Assembly: GCA_951406725.2 (NCBI GenBank)
Contig: OX597830.1
Coordinates: 27,342,001 to 27,406,000 of the forward strand
Length of the DNA: 64,000 nucleotides
From: Octopus vulgaris
Lineage: Eukaryota
Direction of reading: 5' to 3'
In this document: positions 28,672 to 42,065 of the stretch, one piece after another
Numbering within the stretch: the first letter of the stretch is position 1
Layout of the letters: every line of letters begins with the position of its first letter
Notes under the pieces: model-generated
What the model saw: the letters and a program-made list of their open reading frames with translations, nothing else
What the model was told of the DNA's origin: nothing
Database searches by the model: none
Program-made: the position numbers and the translations under genes

Positions 28672-28778
28672 CACTCTTCCTCTCTCAACTTAACATGTGG
28701 TTGGGAAGCAGGCTTCTTAGAACACAGCCACACCAGCGTTTCTTCAGTTCTTTTGTAGTAGAAAAAGAAAAAGTAGCA

Positions 28779-28832
<54 letters not shown>

Positions 28833-29124
28833 GGATACAGAGATGAAGAGAGAGAGAGAAAGAAACAGTTGGAAGAGAAAATACAGTAGAAAGGGGGGAA
28901 ATATCTTCTTTGTCTCTCTCTATCATAATTTTTTCTCACATTCCATATTCTGTCTCACCTCTTCTTTCACCCCACACATATTCTCTGTTTCTTTCTCTCT
29001 CTCTTTCTCTCCCTTCTGTCGTTTTTTCTCCTTTTCTCTCAAGTATTATATTACTCTCTTTCTAGATGTGAAAACGTAGATGCTGATGAGGCGTGAGTTT
29101 TGAGAGACTGCGTGAGGAATGTCT

Positions 29125-29221
<97 letters not shown>

Positions 29222-29352
29222 GGTTAGTATGATGAGTGAGGGAGGGAGGAAAGGATAGTAGTGCAATGGGAATTAATCAATCGTTTCGCTTTTCGGAAAA
29301 ATGCTACACGGAAGCAACAGATAATTTTAATGATATGTATATAAATATACGA

Positions 29353-29397
<45 letters not shown>

Positions 29398-31088
29398 TAG
29401 ACGGACAATTCGTTGACAGACAGTTGGCCGACAGACAACTTACAGGCAGGACAATTGATCGATTGGACAATTCGTCGAAAGGACAATATGTCGGCATCTC
29501 TAAAAGTAAAGTAAAAATTACGAAAAAGTTTTATTAGACCTACAAATTAAAACAATTTATTTATAAAATATATTATGTACAATATGTCGACATATGAAAA
29601 AAGCACACAAAGTTTTTTTAGTCTTACAAATAGAAATAAAGACATCACATACAATTGTTGGCACATGCCCTTAAAAATTCCAACCCACCTTCATCGTCGT
29701 AATTAAAAACAATGATTTTAAATCTCTTCTCAAAGCGAATGTACTTTTTGCTTTTCCTTGCCTCTTCAACCCCTGATATGGCTTGTTCTATTACCATTTC
29801 GGAGTGTGACTGCTCTACTCTAAGCTTCTCAAATAATCTGGATAAGTTTGGGTAATGGACATTGAATCTTCTACAGAAGGCGTGGTGCCACCCTTCTAGA
29901 CAGTTGCTGATTTTTGGGAGAGCATTGAGAATTTTGTTGTAGCACGTCCATAAAGCAATGTCGTATAATGGTCATCGACGTCTATCTCGTTGCATGATTC
30001 CTACTCAAGTACACTCAAAATAAGACAGGAATTCCTCAAAAATTTCATCAGTTTGAGCACTTAAAGAATGAAGGAATTGTTCAAAGTTGCTACATCATTA
30101 GGTGGTACGAAAGCTGACGCTTGCAGCTGTTTCATAATAAATGCATTTTCTCCTCCAGTATACCACGTTTGTAAACCCGTATTCTGTATCTTGCGTTATA
30201 AACACTGTTCGAAGTGGGAAAAACAACCAAACACAAACGTGAGGGAAAATTTTTTTAATGCTTTTCATAGCTGCTTTCTCAAAGCCAACTGTAATTGTTT
30301 TACACTCAAATTCCTTTCTTCTTTAATAAATTTAAATATCAAATCATAATTCGCTTCAGATTTACTGTTTTTTATGCAATAAAGTTAAGGCATTGTTTTA
30401 CTTTCACAAATTAGTGCATGGATCGTGTATAACTGCTTACCTAAAGGAACGCTGTCAAATGTTCCATCACAAAACCAGTCAGTTTTCTGGGATAACATTT
30501 CTAAATTTTCCACAGTACCAAATATAGAAACCTCGTCATTTCTATATAGTAAAAACATTATCACCTCTTGGCGTTTTATACAATTCATCCTCATTAATAA
30601 CCGGTCTTTTCCGTCGCACTCTACATTTAAGAGATTCCCTTTTCGGAAAACACCCGGCAACGCTCAAGGAGATATCGGAAGCTACGGCTTCAGCTATAGA
30701 GCTCGGCAATTGTTCAGCTCGTTCAGCAAGAAGCTTTATTTCTTCCTTAACTTTTTCAGCGTGATTTTCAATCGGCGTAGGTGGATGTACGCGTTCAGAA
30801 GGAGTTGTGCTATTTTCATCGTCAATCGTTGTCAGTGTTGTCAGTCTAGCGCTGCACAGTTTACGATTTGCATAAGTCCAATAAGACTTTTCTTTTCTGG
30901 TTCTATCAATAATATAGGTATACTCTTTGCATAGAAGCTCTCTACCTCCTCGTTCCGTTCTGATGAACTCCATGATCGATACTTCCGCATGTCGACTTAT
31001 TGTCCAATCGGCGAATTGTCCAATCGGTGAATTGTCCGTCGGTGAATTGTCTGTCGGCGAATTGTCTGTCGACGAACTGTCTGCCCGC

Positions 31089-31091
<3 letters not shown>
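29398..31091 (-). mobile_element. Mutator-like (MULE) DNA transposon with repeat-built TIRs
   Basis: Inverted terminal arrays of ~15-bp GGACAATTCGCCGAC-like units (29400-29497 and 30990-31085) flanking a transposase. Confidence 0.9.
29640..30973 (-). pseudogene. FLYWCH-MULE transposase pseudogene
   Basis: MEFIRTERGGRELL..Y.Y...YW...CSARL...HPP (FLYWCH-like); WFCDGTFDSVP..QLYTIHA; SNCLEGWHHAF; frameshifts and in-frame stops. Confidence 0.9.
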
Positions 31092-31140
<49 letters not shown>

Positions 31141-31259
31141 GACACACACACAGAGACACACACACACACAGAGAATATATAAACAATTTATAAAAAGATA
31201 TATAATATACATACATTATATATATATATATACATACGTATATGCATATTGCATTAACT

Positions 31260-31560
31260 GTAGAACTAGAAATATGATGTTGTGTATAAGGTGCATAGAA
31301 GATGCTTGTAAAGATAAGAACATGACATACATTGGTGACACATCTAGAAGCATTGCGGAGACGTTAAATGTACATTTGAGACAATACGACAACAAAAAAC
31401 AGTCCTTCATACTCTACCATAATGCCAAAGACCAATATAGCGGTATACTACGTTGACTTGACACCCGCATTTTATCCAAGCACCCGCAGAACCCAACACT
31501 TAGACAAATACAGGAGTACATCCTCATAAATGAAACACACCCTGTACTGGATAAGAGATA
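31260..31560 (+). pseudogene. Penelope-like GIY-YIG endonuclease fragment
   Basis: C...C....TYIGDTSRSIAETLNVH...LRQIQEYILINETHPVLD. Confidence 0.75.
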
Positions 31561-31797
31561 CATATAGGAGGTAGTGATACCTCAATACCAGCACTTTATA
31601 CATACACAGGTAGATTTTTCCGTAGGCTGTTATGTAGACGAATATAATTTAAAAATAGGATAACATCTTTATAAGAATTTATCAAGTAGTTAGCGTGAAA
31701 AGCCTCATAAGAGAAAATAATCCATCAATTTCTTTCCTTTAAATATATTTATTTTATTTTTATTATATAGAGGGCGTTATTACACATAAATGCCCTC

Positions 31798-31841
<44 letters not shown>

Positions 31842-32384
31842 CCGCCTGACAACCATTGCTGATGTGTTTTTTTCATAGTAACTTGACGGTTCGGTAAAAA
31901 AGACAGAAATAATAAGTATCCGGCTTTAGAACAAAATAAGTCCTGGGGCCGATTCCTTCAAATAAAATTCTTCAAGGCTGTTCCCCAGCAAAGCCACAGA
32001 CTAATGACTGGAGGAAATAAAAGATATATGTACACACACACACAATTATAATGCATCTTCATGTGCAGCCTAAGAAAAGGAAAAAAAAGGAAATTGTTTT
32101 TAGTATGGAATTTGAACTACGCATATTTGTCTTACCGGACTATCATGTTACCAATTGAGCTAAGTGACTAAAGACTGAATTAACATACCCGCCGAAATAA
32201 CAAATATAGACTTGCTTTTTGTGGTTAAGCTTGGCAATATGCTTTTCTCTAATGTCCCATAAGATTTGTAGATAATTTAGTAGCTTAGCATCTTAAATAT
32301 TACTAGCACACAAACACACATACACAAACACACATACGCAAACACACACGCACGCACCCATACGAGAGGCCTTTAACAAAGGGT

Positions 32385-32587
32385 AAACAGACTGTGGGTG
32401 GTTCATTAGCTTCATCCCCTCTTTTCGTTATAACTGGAATGGATAGTATGTTTTTGGGGTAGTTGTTGCTTAATAGATTGTTACTGAGCTTGGTCATTTC
32501 TTCGTGGTGGATATCACGATCGCTACTTATATTCTTTGCTCGGTGTTTTAGGCACTGAGCAATCCCTCTCTTTACACTGTATTGCAC
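32385..32587 (-). pseudogene. Penelope-like RT thumb/linker fragment
   Basis: KRGIAQCLKHRAKNISS..HHEE...L...LLSNNYPKNIL...CLPFVKGLS. Confidence 0.8.
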
Positions 32588-32627
32588 CGCCTTGCCCTTA
32601 ACATTGATATTACAACAGAGATTGAGG

Positions 32628-32845
32628 ACAGTGAACTGGCAGAATCATTAGCACGCTGGTCAAAATGCTTAGCGGAACTTCGTCCGTCTGTACGTTCTTG
32701 AGTTCAAATGCCACCGAGGTCGACTTTGCCTTTCATCCTTTCGAGGTCGTTAAAACAAGTACCAGATAAGCACTGGCGGTCGATGTAATCGATTTGAACC
32801 CTTTCTCACAACTGCTGGCTCTGTGCCGAAATTTAAAGCCGATAT
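32628..32845 (+). mobile_element. Family D SINE
   Basis: A/B boxes and the shared central domain. Confidence 0.8.
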
Positions 32846-33972
32846 TACAGCAGCGAAATAGTTGGAACAGTAGTGAAGCGGTTATCCCAATTTCATTGTC
32901 TTTTAGATAAATGTTTATAAGTATGTGTGATGTAGGAAAGTATGGATTGGTATGTGAAAATACATTAGCTTACCATGAGTAAAAGTTACATAGTCATATA
33001 AACATTCCACAATATGGTTGGTTTTGGTCGGTTACTCATCAAATAACCGGATTAAAAACAGTTGATGTCAGACAAAGGAGTACTTTTTATACGAAACCTT
33101 TTCAATGTGTTTCTAGAATAATATAATGATGGAAACTTCTGATTCTTTTCAAGGAAATTTTAAATTAAGAAGTAGAGAAGTCTGCAAACTTCGTTTTCCC
33201 TATGATATTGACGTAAAAGTACAATGCAGAAAAGAATTTAGAGATTAAAGAATACGTTCTGGTACAACTGCATGGAAATACGGAATGGAAGTTAATGTTG
33301 GAAAAAAAAAAAGGAAGCAAATTAATGATAACTAGTAAGAACATATAAAAAAAATAGTCAATCGAATAGAAATGGTAGACAAGTCACTAAAAGAACTTAA
33401 TGAATTTAAATAATCGTGGAGAACTATAATGGGAGATGTAAGATCAAAGAACGGAATACAATGTCGGATTTTAGTAGCTTCAACAGCTTTAGAAAATGAA
33501 ACACAGTTGGAAAAAAAAATATATATATATAAAAAGATTACAAATTCAGCAAAATCTCACCTCCCACCACTAAAAAAAAAGGAAAAATCAAGGCTTTTGA
33601 AAACAAATGTAGAAAGAAGCATCACATTTCATATCTGAAATATCGAACTAACGAGAGGTTTAGAAAAAGAATTGTTGGAAAGAGAGCAAACCAGGGAAAT
33701 CTGACAATTGTAAAAAGGAGGTAGATAAAATAGTTTGAACGCCATGACAACGTATAACAAGCGAATATGGTCATACACGGTGAAAGAGGAATGAGAAGTT
33801 CACGAATCGGTTGTTGAACTACGTCAAGAAATGGACAAAGACGAAGAAGGTGCAAAATTTGTGGGTTGGGTAACAAAAGGAAAAGAAAGACGGGAGCAGC
33901 TGAGCTGTGTCTATTGCTGTGCACCTACGGCTTCTTCAGTCTATATATTTTGATATATGAATGCATATACTA

Positions 33973-34026
<54 letters not shown>

Positions 34027-34053
34027 TTCTCTCTCTCTCTCTCTCTCTATCTA

Positions 34054-34092
<39 letters not shown>

Positions 34093-34160
34093 CTATGTAT
34101 ATATGTATATGTATATGTACACGCACACATACACACACACACAGACACACATATACACGA

Positions 34161-34655
34161 GGTGGTTAGGACAGCGGACTTGCGGTCGTTGGATCGCTGT
34201 TTCGACTCCCAGACCGGGCATTGTGAGTGTTTATTGAGCGAAACAACCTAAAGCTCCATCAGGCTCCGGCAGGGGTTGGTGGTGAACCCTGGTGTACTCT
34301 TTCGCCACAACTTTCTCTCACTCTTTGTTCCTGTTTCTGTTGTACCTGTATTTCAAAGGGCCAGCTTTGTCACACTCTGTGTCACGGTGAATCTCCCCGA
34401 GAACTACGTTAAGGGCACACACGTCTGAGGAGTGCTCAGCCACTTGCACGTTAACAAATGAGCTGCGACGTCACTGGTGCCAAGCTGTGTCGGCCCTTGC
34501 CTTTCCCTTGGATAACATCGGTGGCGTGGAGAGGGGAGGCTGGTATGCATGGGCGACTACTGGTCTTCCATAAACAACCTTGCCCAGACTTGTGACTCGG
34601 AGGGTAACTTTCTAGGTGCAATCCCATGGTCATTCATGACTGAAGGCGTCACGAC
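34161..34655 (+). mobile_element. Chimeric SINE: head A + part of tail 1 + tail 2
   Basis: 34161-34455 matches the reverse complement of 49690-49975; 34456-34650 matches 47812-48005. Confidence 0.85.
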
Positions 34656-34817
34656 AATATATATACTGAACCGTTAAGTTACGGGGGACGTGAGCATACC
34701 AACATCGGTTGTCAAGCGATGGTGGGGGGGATAAACAGACATACAAATACACACATACACATATATATGTGACAGGCTTCTTTCAGTTTCCGTCTACCAA
34801 ATCCACTAACAAGGCTT

Positions 34818-35030
34818 TGAGGTATCAAAGTATCAAAAGGTCTGCGGACTAGTTATGTTAAATAAAAAATGACTTATTTACGTACGTTTTAACATCATCT
34901 CCTTCGAAATAGTCAACTTGCGCAGCAATATATCGGTCCCAGCGTTCCTACCACTTCTGGAAGCCGGCCTGGAAGTCATTTTCTGTAAGCTAGTAGAGAA
35001 CCTTCTCCGATTCTCTCTGGATCTCGACAA
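34818..35030 (-). pseudogene. mariner transposase C-terminal remnant
   Basis: ENDFQAGFQKW*ERWDRYIAAQVDYFEGD. Confidence 0.8.
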
Positions 35031-35266
35031 GAGTGTTACAACGGCAAGCTGGCAGAAACGTTAGCACGCCGGGCGAAATGCTTAGTGGTATTTCGAAATG
35101 CTTAGTGAATGATGAGGCGTAAAACATGACAGGGAGAAAACTGGGAGATTCTTCGGAACGTTTACTACGAAAATGCACAAGAACCATGTCTTGGTGTTAA
35201 AACAATCGATGTGCAAACCCTTCCATGTCTATCTGTCTGTCTGTCTGTCTGTATGTGTGTCTGTCA

Positions 35267-35356
<90 letters not shown>

Positions 35357-35377
35357 GTATCTATCTATGTATCTATG

Positions 35378-35434
<57 letters not shown>

Positions 35435-35504
35435 CCATCTGTCTCTATCTCTCTACATATATATGTATATAAATATATATTCTATATGTATATACATGTG
35501 TGTA

Positions 35505-35587
35505 AGTGCCTCACCAGCCACCTCCGGTCTCATAGCAGCAATTCCACCAAATGATGTCAATGGTCATCTTCGAACCCGAAGGACGAA

Positions 35588-35656
<69 letters not shown>

Positions 35657-35667
35657 ATTATTATTAT
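35505..35667 (+). mobile_element. RTE-type 3' end with (ATT)n tail
   Basis: LTSHLRSH zinc-finger end, GGTCATCTTCGAACCCGAAGGACGAAC, then (ATT)n. Confidence 0.6.
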
Positions 35668-35772
35668 ATATATATATATATATATATATAGATAGATAGA
35701 TATTTATGTATATATATATATCTATACTAATACATATAGAAACGCAAACACATAAACGGATACAATTGCATT

Positions 35773-35872
<100 letters not shown>

Positions 35873-36194
35873 CGTATATATATGTATATATACATACATA
35901 TATATATATATATGCAGAGAAAACAGGAAAAGTAAAGGACAATTCGATGGGCACGTAGCTAGTTGCTTAAATACACACACACACATATATATACAAATAT
36001 ATATATTTACAAATATATATATACATATATATACGTATATATATATACATAAATATATACATATATATATATATATACATATATACATATATATATTTAT
36101 ATGTATGTATCTATATATATGTATATATGTATATCTATCTATATATGCATATATATATATAATATAAATGTATACACACACATATATATATATG

Positions 36195-36236
<42 letters not shown>

Positions 36237-36428
36237 AGTAAATAGATAATTTATTATTCAGATAGTTTTGTGGATAGATAAGAAAATAGATCTCGAAGTC
36301 TCCCACGAATCCAATAATAGCCAAGAATTCTCCTTCCAACTCTCCCCCTCCACCAACTCTCTCTTTCTTACTTGACCTTTTCTACATACTATGCCTATAC
36401 AACTTCCTCCTTCTAAGCCCTTCTCTCA

Positions 36429-36493
<65 letters not shown>

Positions 36494-36781
36494 AAATGGA
36501 GGAATACGAACCACTCAAGCTAAGTCGTGAATACGTTCGATTAGTCATGTGATTCCCTGTTGGCAGAACCGCGTTGCCCCGCCCACCACCATCACCACCA
36601 CCACCACCACTACGCGCCATCTTCCACCTTCGCACCTTCTCACCGTATTTTCAACGTACTTTCAACGCATGTCCTCATGGGATAGATCACCATAAGAACC
36701 ACACTGATGCTTCCTTAACAATTTATGTTCAAATATGTTTCGCACGCGTATTCATGTGCATTCATTCGTATTGTGTGTGAT

Positions 36782-36859
<78 letters not shown>

Positions 36860-36865
36860 CATATG

Positions 36866-36914
<49 letters not shown>

Positions 36915-36925
36915 ATATATATATG

Positions 36926-36961
<36 letters not shown>

Positions 36962-37404
36962 CAGATGTATATATACATATAAATACCTATATATACATAT
37001 ATATATATAGATATATGCATGTATATACATATATACATACATTTATCTATATATAAATGTATACGTATGTATATATATATATATATACACACATACACAT
37101 AGGCATATATAAAATATGTATATATTTATATTTACATTCGTATTTGTATGTATACATATATACTTCCATAAATATATATATATATATATGTACATATATA
37201 TGAGTGTATATATAAATATGTACAGATAGGGTCATACGTGCAGGCTTCTACGCATGCGTATGTGCTTTATATCTGTTCTTTATATATCGTTATGCGTGCA
37301 TATAAACACAGAGGTTAATATTTCTATCTCCATCTTTCTCCAGATATACACGCACGCACACACACACACATGAACATACATACACACAGACACACACACA
37401 CACA

Positions 37405-37462
<58 letters not shown>

Positions 37463-37770
37463 AACCTTTATTGAATGAGACAGTATTATAGTGTTAAGAT
37501 TGGAAACGTTAATTTGATGTGTGTAATCCACGTATGCAGTCTTCTGTATGCACAAATACATGCACTCACACAATCACACCAACTTTCATATATGTGCGTT
37601 TCACCTGATGCACATACCTACACATATATATGAAGCTGATGCTTACAACTATGTTTTTTTTTTATTGAGAAAAGGTTCGATGTCAACGGAAACTACTGGC
37701 TGTCTAAATAGGTGAAAATTAATCCAAATTTGTTCTGCAAGAAGCTACTATTGCATTTACGATATTCTCT

Positions 37771-37805
37771 CTCTTGAAAAAGGACTATTGTCCGAAACGT
37801 TAGAG
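37771..37805 (+). ncRNA. Minimal hammerhead-like motif, variant core
   Basis: CTC-TTGAAAAA-GGAC tatt GTCC-GAAACGTTA-GAG; palindromic AACGTT stem III. Confidence 0.5.
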
Positions 37806-37858
37806 TTTTTACTCTCCATGTCAAATCAACACAAACACACACGTACGCGCGTGCACCC

Positions 37859-37886
<28 letters not shown>

Positions 37887-37889
<3 letters not shown>

Positions 37890-37907
37890 CGAGGGTGAAG
37901 CTATGAT

Positions 37908-37971
<64 letters not shown>

Positions 37972-37992
37972 ATCATAGCTTCACCCTCGTTA
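37887..37992. repeat. Perfect 106-bp palindrome centred on (TA)n
   Basis: TAACGAGGGTGAAGCTATGATATACATACATATA-(TA)19-exact reverse complement. Confidence 0.95.
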
Positions 37993-38229
37993 CACGAGAG
38001 AAGCCATTGTCAAAATGACTTACTGATATGATTCATTACTGAGGTCATGTGATGCCCTTATATGACTTTTAAGCCCAGCCATACTTTTACAGATTTTATT
38101 ACATACTGCACAACTGTGATGGCTGGTAGGAGAAACAGGGGCCACCATATGCACACTCTTAACGTTTCGTTTCAGACCTCCAACTTAGAGGCACACCCTT
38201 CGATATTTTACACATGTTCTGTTGTGAAT

Positions 38230-38390
38230 TGTAATAGCCACATCACTGTTCATCATGGGTCGATCCCTGTGAGATTTTTGATGGCTCACCAGGCCTGCAC
38301 GAATCAAATACCTCCTCCCACAAATCACACACACAAAAAACAGTCCTTCATGCTGAGGTCTAATCTTTCCCCAAGCCATCAGTAACCTCA
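38230..38390 (-). pseudogene. RTE C-terminal C2H2-like zinc finger remnant
   Basis: FVCVICGRRYLIRAGLVSHQKSH. Confidence 0.6.
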
Positions 38391-38589
38391 ATATCGTAAA
38401 CAACAACAACAACAACAACAACAATAACAACAACAACAACAGCAGCAGCAGCAGCAGCAGCAACAACAACAACAACAACAACAACAACAAATAATGCACA
38501 GAGCTCCTGTGAACACACATACACAATAGACACACTTAAATGAAGGAACACATATTATTTAGAAATGTCTTTATCCACATACATGCTTA

Positions 38590-39360
38590 CTTGATTAAGG
38601 CAGTCCATCTTGACAGATGACGACGTCGTCTTTGATCCTTAGGAGTTGTCTTGATGGCGTTGGCAGGCCCTCTCATGGCTGAAAAGGCCGATTCTGGAGG
38701 AGGTACATGCCCGATTACACTGAGAGCATCGAAGAGGGCTCCGACGAAGATGAGCTCACCTAGGATTTTGCTGACGTTCCTTGAGCTGTCTCCGCTTTTC
38801 TTCGCGAAGTCTAGTCTGCTCATCCTCAAAATGCTGTGTACCATTTTTGACCATACCCCTCCAGGTAGTATGGTTTGTGTCCAGTGTTTCAAGTTCATCA
38901 GAGGGGATGTTGCAGAGCTTCAGGGATTTCTTGAGATGATCTTTATATCGCTTCTTTGGATCTCCATGCGGTCGGTTACCCTCTGCTAACTCCCCAAAAA
39001 GGACAATCTTGAGTATACGGTTTTCCGGCATCCCGATAACGTGACCCACCCAGCGAAGTTGACGTTCGAGGATCATGCATTCGATGCTGGTCAATTTCGC
39101 TCGTCTCAGGAGTGTGCGGCTTATACACTCCTCTCTATACACTTTATGCAACTTTGTGTAGGCCTCTGAGCAGGTATGTCCATGACAACATTCTCTGTCA
39201 TGGTCAATGCGATGATCACATGCTACAGACCTACATTCCAAGCACTTCTGCAAACAGCGGAAGTGAGCTAGATCGCCAAAACTTAGTGCACATGCACAGT
39301 AGTATTTAAGGTCAACCTTTGCCAAGCAGCTTTACTCTGCGTGCTTTAGCTTCATTACTA
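38590..39360 (-). mobile_element. 5'-truncated RTE-clade LINE (3' end of ORF + UTR)
   Basis: SIECMILERQLRWVGHVIGMPENRILKIVLFGEL..G.R..G.PKKRYKD.LK..LK, then CSQCNR...RIGLFSHERAC after a premature stop; ends GATGGACTGCC. Confidence 0.9.
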
Positions 39361-39884
39361 TGGCCAGAGTCCGGATCCTTATTGATCAGACCTCGTACAT
39401 ATATATATATATATATGTGTGTATACATACACATGTACGCACGCACGCACACACACATGTTATATCATATCACTAACGGTACTTCTCTTCTGGATCCGTT
39501 TCGGGCTTCTGGGACACGCAATTTTTTTCTCCTCCCATCCAACACCTCCCAGAACAAGTTGCTGGTTGTACTGGCATTAGGTGGAGAATGCAACGTGATT
39601 TTACATAGTTTTCGAACAGACCCCTCCACCTAAGATCACGCATTCCTTGTTAACCTGCAGGACGGAAGATGCGTTATGGTTACTCATTGGAACTCTTTTC
39701 AGAATGCCCCATACGTTGGTCTCATTCGCACCGAGGCACCAAACGGATATCTGTGTTGAACTCCTTTATATACAGATGTCATGCAATTTCAATTCAGATT
39801 GCAGCTTTCTCCTCCAATTTATGAGAAGGAACATGCAGCTCTTAATAATGGTTATATATCTCAGGCAATTTCAATTTAAATTGT

Positions 39885-39928
<44 letters not shown>

Positions 39929-40222
39929 TATTACAGATAAATTCTTCTATTTACATAATATTGAGGTCTCATTCATTCTTTTGTTGTCATACTATTAATA
40001 TATATGTGTGTGTGTGTGTGTATTTATATATGTATATGTATGTATGTGTATGTAGATGTGTAGAAGAATAGAGAGGAAGAGAGACAAAGAGAAAGTTAAA
40101 CTGAATACTTTCTCTTATTCTTTCTTTCTTAACATATATATCTCTATATGTGTATGAATGTATATATGTGTGTGTATGTACATACATACATACATACATA
40201 CATACATACAAACATACATTCA

Positions 40223-40321
<99 letters not shown>

Positions 40322-40974
40322 ATGTATATGTATACACACACATTAACAAAAACACAAACATACACGAACATACATTCAGCACACACCGCATGCATAGATT
40401 CTTACTTTTGTGTGCGTGTGTTTTGTTTTTGTTTTTTGTTTTTGCCTAAAGATCAGGTTTGAAACAAAAGCTTGACAAATGGGAAGCAGATTTTGAAATT
40501 TATTAAATTATTTCACGAGCTTTGGGTATTCTAAATCTCTAGAAAAAAAAAATTAAATCAAATGGAATATAGTTATTTCATAGTTTGTAGGTTATATTAA
40601 AGAAAATTCCAGGTTCCTTTTTTTTCTCGCGGAAATCCATTGGATCCACTTTTTTCCCCTTGTAAATATGGATTCCTTCAAATCTTCGCTAATTTGAACA
40701 TCGCTGTGACAATTATAAATATTAAACATTGTATATCGTATTGCTGAATCTAAAATATAATATGTCCCTTCCTACCGAAACCCAGCGAGCTGTTAGATCG
40801 GAACGGTTTCTGATTTATCAGCTATAGAAATTGAAGCAAGATGTATTACGAATTATTGCTTAAGGGCAAACACATACTGGGTGTAGTTATATTAATAATT
40901 CTCTCTACTATAGGCGTAGGGCTTGAAATTTTAAAGGATAGGGCAGCTGGCTTCATTTGATAATAATAAACATA

Positions 40975-41172
40975 ATGATTTTGGCACAAAGCCAGCAATT
41001 TTGGCGGAGGGGTAAGTCGATTACATTGACCCCTGTACTCAACTGGTACGTCTTTTATCGTTACCGAAAGGATGAAAGGCAAAAGTGACCCCGGGGGAAT
41101 TTCATTTCAGACCGTGAAGACGGGCGAAATGGCGCTAAGCATTTTGCCGGTGTTCTGTCAGCTCGCTGCCCT

Positions 41173-41209
<37 letters not shown>

Positions 41210-41335
41210 GCAACAACACTTCTTTCTACTCTAAGCGCAAAACCTGAAATTTTGGGGGAGGGTACCAGTCGATTACATCGACCTAGTGCTCAGCTGTTAC
41301 TTTAACAACCCCAGGAACAGGACAGGAAAAATCGA
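40975..41335 (-). mobile_element. Two tandem family D SINE copies separated by (CAA)n
   Basis: Reverse-complement matches to family D. Confidence 0.7.
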
Positions 41336-41524
41336 ACTTTCTCTCTATACATACATACATACATACATACATACATACATACATACATACATACATACAT
41401 ACATACATACATACATACATACATTCATACATACATACATACGTACGTAGGTACACACACACACACATATATATATGTATATGTATATATAGATATATAG
41501 TTGCAATTTGCAAAAAAAAAAAAA

Positions 41525-41619
41525 AGGCGAAGACAGTTTTCTAAACAACAAACAGGTGTATTAGTTTAGCGCTCGGTAAGGTGAGAAAGTCTTTTACGTT
41601 TCGAGCCTACGCTCTTCAG

Positions 41620-41620
<1 letters not shown>
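41525..41620 (-). mobile_element. Penelope-type terminal repeat with truncated hammerhead motif
   Basis: Homologous to 57025-57135; GAGCGTAGGCTC-GAAACGTA-AAAG. Confidence 0.6.
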
Positions 41621-41657
<37 letters not shown>

Positions 41658-41800
41658 CACGAGTGAGTGGACAAACGAAAGAAGGGCACTTAGGCACTTA
41701 AGCAATTTATTAAGAGTTACATGTATGAATCAAAACAGTTTGATTCAAATTCGAAGGTAGTCTTGAGTTTCAAGCGCGACAAGCCTCGCACTTTAAACTC

Positions 41801-41834
<34 letters not shown>

Positions 41835-42005
41835 GACGGGCTTCTTTCAGTTTCCGTCTACCAAATCTACTCAGAAGGCTTTTGTTGGCCCGAGGTATAG
41901 TAGAAGACACTTGCTCGAGGTGCCACGCAATGGGACTGAACCGAAAATCATGAGATTGGGAAGCAAACTTCTTACTGCACAGCCACGCATATAGACACAC
42001 ACGAC

Positions 42006-42065
<60 letters not shown>

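Noticed and set aside
38185-38535. C2H2 zinc-finger host gene
   Set aside because: Single finger of the RTE C-terminal type next to another RTE end; rest of the ORF is (TTG)n
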